Part shown: piece after piece, positions 56,235 through 64,000 of the stretch | Position numbering within the stretch: the first letter of the stretch is position 1 | Layout: the number at the start of each line of letters is the position of its first letter | Assembly: GCA_002293825.1 (NCBI GenBank) | Contig: DBDW01000012.1 | Span: 25,147 to 89,146, forward strand | Reading direction: 5' to 3' | Source: Candidatus Magasanikbacteria bacterium UBA922 | Lineage (GTDB): Bacteria; Patescibacteriota; Patescibacteriia; Magasanikbacterales; UBA922 | Length of the DNA stretch: 64,000 nt | Notes under the pieces: generated by a model | The model's input: only the letters and a program-made list of their open reading frames with translations | Databases searched by the model: none | What the model was told of the DNA's origin: nothing | Translations under genes and position numbers: made by a program

Positions 56235-57188
56235 ATGAATGATGCACTCTATCAGGCAGCACTGCGCGCACTCGTTTTTTTCGACATATTTGATCATCCG
56301 CTTACTGATCGTGAATTATTTGAATATCTCCATGGCCCGATACCGAATACTCGTCTCAATTTTTCTCAATTTCTCGCACAGACCGAAGTGTTTCCAGATT
56401 CAGTCATGGTGCGTACGCAGGGTCTGTGGCATCTGCGTGGAAGGGAGGAATTGGTATCATTACGGACCGAGCGCAGTGTGTCGTATGGAATCAAGAATAG
56501 AATACTGATTCGAGCAGTGCGTGTGTTGTCGTATGTGCCTTTTGTGCGAGCAGTATTTGTGTGCAACACACTTGCGTTCAGTGTTGCGGATCGCACGAGT
56601 GATATTGATGTATTGATTATTGTAAAAGGGGGGAGAATGTGGACGGCACGTCTCATGACTACCATTCTCATGTCCGTATGTGGACTTCGACGTACGAAGA
56701 AACGCATTCAAGATCGGATATGTTTGAGTTTTTATCTTGCTGACCGGGCGTTGAATATTATGAAGTTTCGAATTCCTGATGATATCTATATGTCGTTTTG
56801 GCTTCGTACATTGATTCCGGTGTATGATCCAGACCATCTTCGTGACAGTATACTTCGTGCCAATCAGGAATTACTCGAGCCATTTCTACCACATGCACGC
56901 TACACACATCCAATGCTTCGACTCGATCGAAGTCATGAGCTTGGAAAACGTACAAGTGTGCGTATCGTAGAATGGGTATTGCAGAGTAGAGTGGGTGATC
57001 GAGGCGAGTCGTTTGTTCGGGCAATTCAACGTAAGAAAATTTTTCGTAATCGACACAGTCTGGTGCATGCCAAAGATACACGAGTGGTTGTGAATGATTC
57101 AGTGTTGAAATTTCATGAGAACGATCGAAGAGTGTTGTATCGAGATACGTGGAAGCAGCGAATGAGTGAAGTGAACGAAAGTCTGTAA
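56235..57188 (+). CDS. nucleotidyltransferase-fold protein (putative)
   Basis: CNTLAFSVADRTSDIDVLII matches the GS-x(9-13)-DxD pattern of pol-beta-type NTases. The start is chosen at MNDALYQ; the track ORF starts at 56139. Confidence 0.45.
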   Translation: MNDALYQAALRALVFFDIFDHPLTDRELFEYLHGPIPNTRLNFSQFLAQTEVFPDSVMVRTQGLWHLRGREELVSLRTERSVSYGIKNRILIRAVRVLSYVPFVRAVFVCNTLAFSVADRTSDIDVLIIVKGGRMWTARLMTTILMSVCGLRRTKKRIQDRICLSFYLADRALNIMKFRIPDDIYMSFWLRTLIPVYDPDHLRDSILRANQELLEPFLPHARYTHPMLRLDRSHELGKRTSVRIVEWVLQSRVGDRGESFVRAIQRKKIFRNRHSLVHAKDTRVVVNDSVLKFHENDRRVLYRDTWKQRMSEVNESL

Positions 57189-57231
57189 TGCGCTAAGTGT
57201 GTTAACACATCATTTCCGTGAATACGGATAA

Positions 57232-58560
57232 GTGGAGTATTGTATGGTTTCTCGATTATTCATGATTGAAAAATTTCTCGTCTATCTCTGGGGACTCGTA
57301 TTGCCATGGCAGACGATCTGGATATATCGGTACACCTCGCTACAGGGGGTGATGTCTCCGTACCTGACATTGGGATGGTATCTCGGCGAAGGGGTGTTGT
57401 GGGTATTATTTTTGGTGATTGTCTTCAATCGGTGGAAACGTCAGCATCGCACACGTGTCGAAAACATGTTCACCAAAAGAGCGGCGGCCATGAGTCTGAT
57501 GATGTGTGCATTCCCAGTATTTGTATATGTGCGGAGTTTCTGGTCGGGTGATGTGGATGTGTCTCTCCGACATGCGCTTTTTATTATCGAGGGGTACATG
57601 GTGATTGTGATGATTTCGATTTCCCAGATACCACTTCGTGAATGGCTTCGAGCATTCCTATGTGGTAGTGTAGGACCGCTCGCACTAGGATTGTATCAAT
57701 GGTTTTCTCAATCTACGTTTTCGTCTACCTTGTTCGGATTGACGGAACATGTCGCACGTGAGCCAGGTACCTCGATTGTCGCATCAGATTCTGTAGGGAG
57801 GTGGCTTCGCGCATATGGACCATTTCCACATCCAAATATTTTTGGTGGATACACGGTGCTCGTGATGTTTCTCACCTATGTGTATACCTATTATGTTCAG
57901 TCGTCTCGTGAACGCATCACACTGGGGATCCTTCATGTGGTGACAGTGTTTGTACTGTGTACGACGTTTAGTCGAGGGGCACTGCTCGGGTACATAGTTC
58001 TCATTTCTGGATGGGTAGTGTATGCACTCAAGAATCGAATACGAGGAGTACTCGGTATAGTGGGGGTGGGAATCGTGAGTGCAGTATGTTTTGTGGGTAT
58101 ATATCCCGATCTGGTGCATGTACGAGCAGTACCTGTGTCGAGCGCCGAGACTCGTTCAATTGATGAGCGTATTTCAGGTATCGGTGTTGCCATGGATTTA
58201 TTTGCCGAGCGTCCGATAGATGGATATGGAGGAGGTATGTTTACGTATGCGTGGTACCTACTCAATCCAGGGTTACCGGGATATATGTATCAGCCCGTAC
58301 ACGTGGCCCCATTGGTCGTACTGGTAGAATACGGAATCACAGGATTGGTGTTCGCACTATGTTCGTGGGTTGCAGTGGGAAGTAGTGTCCCGCGCACGAG
58401 ATGGGGAATGGTAGCATTCGCCATGCTTCCACTTATGAGTATTGGGTTTTTCGATCATTATGTGGTTACCCTATATTCAGGAATTCTTATTTTTTCTCTA
58501 TATATAGCTGTTCTGATACGGTTCTCCACACACTCTCCACAGACTGTCCCCATGCGATGA
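57232..58560 (+). CDS. O-antigen ligase/polymerase-like (Wzy_C-type) integral membrane protein
   Basis: 442 aa, about 10-12 TM helices, and a large periplasmic loop with PFPHPNIFGGY. Confidence 0.5.
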   Translation: MEYCMVSRLFMIEKFLVYLWGLVLPWQTIWIYRYTSLQGVMSPYLTLGWYLGEGVLWVLFLVIVFNRWKRQHRTRVENMFTKRAAAMSLMMCAFPVFVYVRSFWSGDVDVSLRHALFIIEGYMVIVMISISQIPLREWLRAFLCGSVGPLALGLYQWFSQSTFSSTLFGLTEHVAREPGTSIVASDSVGRWLRAYGPFPHPNIFGGYTVLVMFLTYVYTYYVQSSRERITLGILHVVTVFVLCTTFSRGALLGYIVLISGWVVYALKNRIRGVLGIVGVGIVSAVCFVGIYPDLVHVRAVPVSSAETRSIDERISGIGVAMDLFAERPIDGYGGGMFTYAWYLLNPGLPGYMYQPVHVAPLVVLVEYGITGLVFALCSWVAVGSSVPRTRWGMVAFAMLPLMSIGFFDHYVVTLYSGILIFSLYIAVLIRFSTHSPQTVPMR

Positions 58561-58817
58561 TTTTTTCGCTATGATATGCGCGTTGACAGTATGCGTATGG
58601 GACGGTATCCTACGTAGTACTGAACTCGGAGAGGGGATACATTGCGTGAAGCGTCGCTATTCGAACATCGTGCTTCTGACAGGCATCACGGTGTTCATCT
58701 ATGGCCGACGCATCAGGCTGTTCCCTCTCCGGGTTTTTGTTTTGGGATAGAGTGAGAGAGTGGTGTCGACACCTCTTGACAGTGCATACACTTTATCCTA
58801 TTATTTTCGTTGACACA

Positions 58818-58844
58818 TTATCACTCTTTTTGGTAGAGTGCTAA
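58818..58844 (+). promoter_or_regulatory. CIRCE operator (HrcA site) upstream of groES
   Basis: TTATCACTC-tttttggta-GAGTGCTAA against consensus TTAGCACTC-N9-GAGTGCTAA. A TTGACA -35 lies just upstream. Confidence 0.75.
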
Positions 58845-58878
58845 TGTCGTATATATTATGTAATTAATTTATATAGCT

Positions 58879-59154
58879 ATGTCTATCCGACCATTGGGAG
58901 ATCGAGTGCTCGTGAAGCCACTCAAAGAAGAAGAAGTGACCAAGTCCGGAATTGTATTGCCGGATACGGTAGATAAGGAAAAGAAAACTGAAGGTGAGAT
59001 TATCGCACTTGGTGAAGGCGAAAAACTTTCCAAGTTGAATCTCAAAGCTGGAATGAAAATTTTATTTAAAAAAGGATGGGATGATGATATTAAGTTTAAT
59101 GGAGAAGAGTTCAAAATCCTTGATCATGATGAAATATTGGCGGTGATTGAGTAA
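58879..59154 (+). CDS. groES: co-chaperonin GroES
   Basis: MSIRPLGDRVLVKP...IVLPDT...GEGE. Confidence 0.95.
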   Translation: MSIRPLGDRVLVKPLKEEEVTKSGIVLPDTVDKEKKTEGEIIALGEGEKLSKLNLKAGMKILFKKGWDDDIKFNGEEFKILDHDEILAVIE

Positions 59155-59180
59155 CGTATTTCTCATACATAATCTTTTAA

Positions 59181-60821
<1,641 letters not shown>

Positions 60822-60831
60822 ATTCAAGTAT

Positions 60832-60864
60832 AAAAAACTCCTCGTAAAAGCGGGGAGTTTTTAT
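60832..60864 (+). terminator. terminator after groEL
   Basis: aaaaaactcctcgtaaaagcggggagtttttat. Confidence 0.6.
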
Positions 60865-60959
60865 GTAAAAATATACATAGTACCATAGTTATTTTGTGCA
60901 CTGAAAAATAATAGTGTATAATTTACCTATTACAATTGTCTGTTTTATTATTTAGATTT

Positions 60960-63900
60960 ATGCGTGTAGATTTTTTTTTAAAAAAAACGATTATACTACT
61001 TCTGGTAGTTTCTTTGATTTTTCCTCAATCTGTATTTGGTGAAATAAGTAATGGAATGGGTGCAAGTGATGTTATTGGGCAATATACAGATGACGGAGAA
61101 GGAAATCTAACCCCAAATTATACAAAAAATGGTGAAAATAATGGTCCTTCAAATTTAGGCTTTAATGCCCCTGCGTGGTCTGCTATTGATACTGACGGAC
61201 ATTATTTTTTTGTTTCAGATTCCAGTAATCATCGGGTACTTATTTATGAGCTCGATGAAAATAATGATTTTTTGGATTATAAAGCTGATTACGTACTTGG
61301 ACAGAGTGATTTTTTTGGTGATTCTCCAACAACGACACAGTATGGATTGAATAGTCCACAAGGACTTGCCTATGATTCCATAAATAAGCGATTGTTTGTG
61401 TCCACTCTCTCAAGAGTCATGGTTTTTGATTTTACCAATGGCATTACCAATGGCATGAACGCAAGTTATGTTATTGGTCAGGATAATTTTTTTACTTCGT
61501 CTGGGTCAGTGTCTCAAACACGTATTAGTGGTGCGAGAGGTTTAGTGTATGATGCTGCTAACAACAGACTTTTTATTGCTCAGTCAAGTGCCCATCGGGT
61601 TACAGTATACGATGTGTCTACAAGTACGATGGCAAATGGTATCCCTGCAACTCATGTGATTGGACAAAACTCGTTTACTACTTTTTCTTCTGTTACAACG
61701 CAAACAGGCATGTCGGGTCCATATGGGTTGGCATATGAATCAGAAACAGGACGTCTGTTTGTTGCTCAGTACAACAACAATAGAGTGCTTGTATACAATG
61801 CCTCTCCTGAAAATTTATTGGTTACAAGTACTCCCGCTACTCATGTGCTGGGTCAACCAAATTTTACCTCCAATTCTATCGGTCTTACTTCGGTCGGAAT
61901 GTATCAACCCTATGGATTGGCGTTGGATTCAAGTACCAATCGATTATTTGTGGCGCAGTCAGGGGGTAATAAAGTCGGGGTGTACGATATAGCAACAAGT
62001 ACTATTTCAAATGGTATGGCAGGAATACATGTTCTTGGTCAACCAGATTTTAATATGCTTGTGAGTGAGGGCAGTGGTACGTTTAGACTAGGTAATCCTC
62101 GGGGTGTAACGTTTGATCATACGAACAATCGTCTCTATGTGGTCCAGGATAGTTGGGCTCGTATTAGTATTTTTGATGTTACGACAGGTACAATTGCAAA
62201 TGGGATGGATGCTGTTGGTATGCTTGGGCAATTTACCAAGGTGGGTGCTGACACGTATGTGCCTAATTATAACAAAACAAGCAAGAACAATGGTCCAAAT
62301 GAATTTGGGCTACACACACCTACGGATATGGCGCTTGATGAGAGCGGTCATCGTTTGTTTATCTCAGATGCCTCTGGTAATCGTGTATTGATTCATAATC
62401 TTGATGCAAATAATCAATTAATTGATTACCAGCCTGATTATGTATTGGGACAACAAGATTTTAATGCGAATACAGCTACCACGACACAAAGCGGAATGAA
62501 TGGTCCTACGGGTTTGGCATATGCTGAAGAATATGATTATTTATTTGTTGCCGATACCACGAACAATCGTGTACTTGTTTTTGATGTTTCGTCGGTGACC
62601 AATGGAATGAATGCAGCATATGTATTGGGTAGAGATGATTTTAGTTTAAGTTTTCAAAGCTTTACTATTAATGGAATGTACGCCCCTCAAGGAGTGCTTT
62701 ATGATCCAGAATCTGATTATTTATTTGTTGCTGATACTACTAATCATCGTGTATTAATTTTTTCTATTTCTCCAGATACAATTTCAAATGGAATGAATGC
62801 GATTGATGTGCTTGGCCAGACAAATTTTTATGAGAGAGTGGAGCGTGTTACGCAGCAGGGGCTTAGCAATCCGATTGGTCTTGCGTATGATCTTGAAAAT
62901 AATAGACTTTTTGTTGGTCAGTCGAGTAATCGAATCAGTGTGTTTGATATTTTACCTCCTCAAGAAGGTGCGTCACATGGACCTTCTGCTATTGGTGTGC
63001 TTGGTAAGACTGATTATGATGAAAATAATAATTTAGTGCCAACATTTGATAAATTTGGAAGAAATAATGGTCCAAATAATCTTAACTTTAACTGGGCAGA
63101 AGATTCGATTGTAGACACGACTAATCATCGACTATTTGTCTCTGAGAGGGAGAATAACCGAGTATTAGTGTATGAGCTGAATAATCAGGGGTATCTGGAG
63201 GATTATAAGGCAGATTATGTGTTGGGTAAAACAAATTTTAATTCTAGTGGGGCCGGGAATACACAATCATTGATGAATATCCCTGAAGGATTGGCATATG
63301 ATGAGGTTAATCAGCGTTTGTTTGTAGCGCAGTCAGGTAATCATCGTGTCACGGTCTACGATCTTTCAGGTGGCATTACAAACGGAATGAATGCGAGTTA
63401 TGTGTTGGGACAGAGTACGTTTATTGGAAATACACCAGCAAACACTCAAGCAGGAATGAATTCTCCTATGGATGTGGTGTATGTTACTTCTACACAACAT
63501 CTATTTGTAGCGCAGTCAGGTAATCATCGTGTCACGGTCTACGATCTTTCAGGTGGCATTACAAACGGAATGAATGCGAGTTATGTGTTGGGACAGAGTA
63601 CGTTTACCGTAGGAACTTCTGCGACTGCTCAGGATCGTATGAGTTCTCCAATTGGAGTTACCTATGACACTCTAAATAATTTATTGTTTGTAGCACAATC
63701 TGCTAGTAACCGTGTCACGGTCTACGATCTTTCAGGTGGCATTACAAACGGAATGAATGCAAGTTATGTGTTGGGACAGAGTACGTTTACTGGCTTTCTC
63801 TCAACGTCTACTCAATCCGGGCTAGGGTCTCCGAGTGCTGTTGAGTATGACATTCAAAATGAAAGATTATTTGTGTCAAATGGTAACCGTGTCACGGTCT

Positions 63901-64000
63901 ACGATCTTTCAGGTGGCATTACAAACGGAATGAATGCAAGTTATGTGTTGGGACAGAGTACGTTTACATCAAATACAGTGGTTACACAAAGTCAGTCAAG
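60960..64000 (+). CDS. large secreted NHL-repeat (beta-propeller) protein; gene continues past the window end
   Basis: Signal peptide MRVDFFLKKTIILLLVVSLIFPQSVFG. Repeated NHRVLIY/NHRVTVYD ... GLAYD ... DYVLGQ units. Open in this frame to position 64000. Absent from the ORF track because no stop falls in the window. Confidence 0.75.
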   Translation, partial: MRVDFFLKKTIILLLVVSLIFPQSVFGEISNGMGASDVIGQYTDDGEGNLTPNYTKNGENNGPSNLGFNAPAWSAIDTDGHYFFVSDSSNHRVLIYELDENNDFLDYKADYVLGQSDFFGDSPTTTQYGLNSPQGLAYDSINKRLFVSTLSRVMVFDFTNGITNGMNASYVIGQDNFFTSSGSVSQTRISGARGLVYDAANNRLFIAQSSAHRVTVYDVSTSTMANGIPATHVIGQNSFTTFSSVTTQTGMSGPYGLAYESETGRLFVAQYNNNRVLVYNASPENLLVTSTPATHVLGQPNFTSNSIGLTSVGMYQPYGLALDSSTNRLFVAQSGGNKVGVYDIATSTISNGMAGIHVLGQPDFNMLVSEGSGTFRLGNPRGVTFDHTNNRLYVVQDSWARISIFDVTTGTIANGMDAVGMLGQFTKVGADTYVPNYNKTSKNNGPNEFGLHTPTDMALDESGHRLFISDASGNRVLIHNLDANNQLIDYQPDYVLGQQDFNANTATTTQSGMNGPTGLAYAEEYDYLFVADTTNNRVLVFDVSSVTNGMNAAYVLGRDDFSLSFQSFTINGMYAPQGVLYDPESDYLFVADTTNHRVLIFSISPDTISNGMNAIDVLGQTNFYERVERVTQQGLSNPIGLAYDLENNRLFVGQSSNRISVFDILPPQEGASHGPSAIGVLGKTDYDENNNLVPTFDKFGRNNGPNNLNFNWAEDSIVDTTNHRLFVSERENNRVLVYELNNQGYLEDYKADYVLGKTNFNSSGAGNTQSLMNIPEGLAYDEVNQRLFVAQSGNHRVTVYDLSGGITNGMNASYVLGQSTFIGNTPANTQAGMNSPMDVVYVTSTQHLFVAQSGNHRVTVYDLSGGITNGMNASYVLGQSTFTVGTSATAQDRMSSPIGVTYDTLNNLLFVAQSASNRVTVYDLSGGITNGMNASYVLGQSTFTGFLSTSTQSGLGSPSAVEYDIQNERLFVSNGNRVTVYDLSGGITNGMNASYVLGQSTFTSNTVVTQSQS
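63321..64000 (+). repeat. near-identical ~180-nt tandem repeats inside the NHL gene (period 177-183 nt, at least 4 copies)
   Basis: The 75-nt core gtcacggtctacgatctttcaggtggcattacaaacggaatgaatgc(g/a)agttatgtgttgggacagagtacgttta recurs at about 63348, 63531, 63714 and 63891. Confidence 0.8.

Overview
This 64 kb window comes from a low-GC bacterial chromosome read with the standard genetic code. Long ORFs are intact, so the one in-frame TGA (in vsr) is most likely a lesion rather than recoding. Most of the window is housekeeping: gyrA (partial), rpsA, ftsH, pilB/gspE, thrS with a T-box-like leader, uvrA, secG, an oligopeptide-type substrate-binding protein, rnj, trpS, nusA, yidC, groES/groEL behind a CIRCE operator, tRNA-Leu(CAG) and tRNA-Asn(GUU). 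There is a complete CsoR-controlled copper operon: csoR, a DUF305 protein, copA, an HMA-fused membrane protein and a cupredoxin-like protein. A thymidine kinase, an ECF sigma factor and an ABC-2 transporter pair are also present.

Two accessory regions stand out.

(1) At 30.6-35.0 kb an overlapping three-gene operon encodes a standalone reverse transcriptase (RT0-7 motifs, VGDD catalytic box, no retron VTG), a 6-TM protein fused to a catalytically degenerate ABC-type NBD, and a membrane-anchored two-HKD PLD-family protein. A ~155-nt multi-hairpin element bounded by 8-bp CTAAC/GTTAG inverted repeats precedes it. I could not assign this to any described RT defence system or retron architecture and regard it as a candidate undescribed system.

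(2) At 46.5-55.0 kb there is an integron-like cassette array. Minus-strand ORFs are separated by a family of imperfect-palindromic elements whose ends match integron attC core logic (RYYYAAC ... GTTRRRY, here GCCTAAC/ATTTAAC ... GTTAAAT/GTTAGCT). The array ends at a divergently transcribed XerD-like tyrosine recombinase that lacks the IntI-specific insertion. One low-GC cassette carries an RloC/PrrC-like coiled-coil ABC ATPase plus a C-protein/C5-MTase/REase/vsr(pseudo) type II R-M module.

The element upstream of the RT belongs to the same family. The RT operon therefore looks like a cassette-type module itself.
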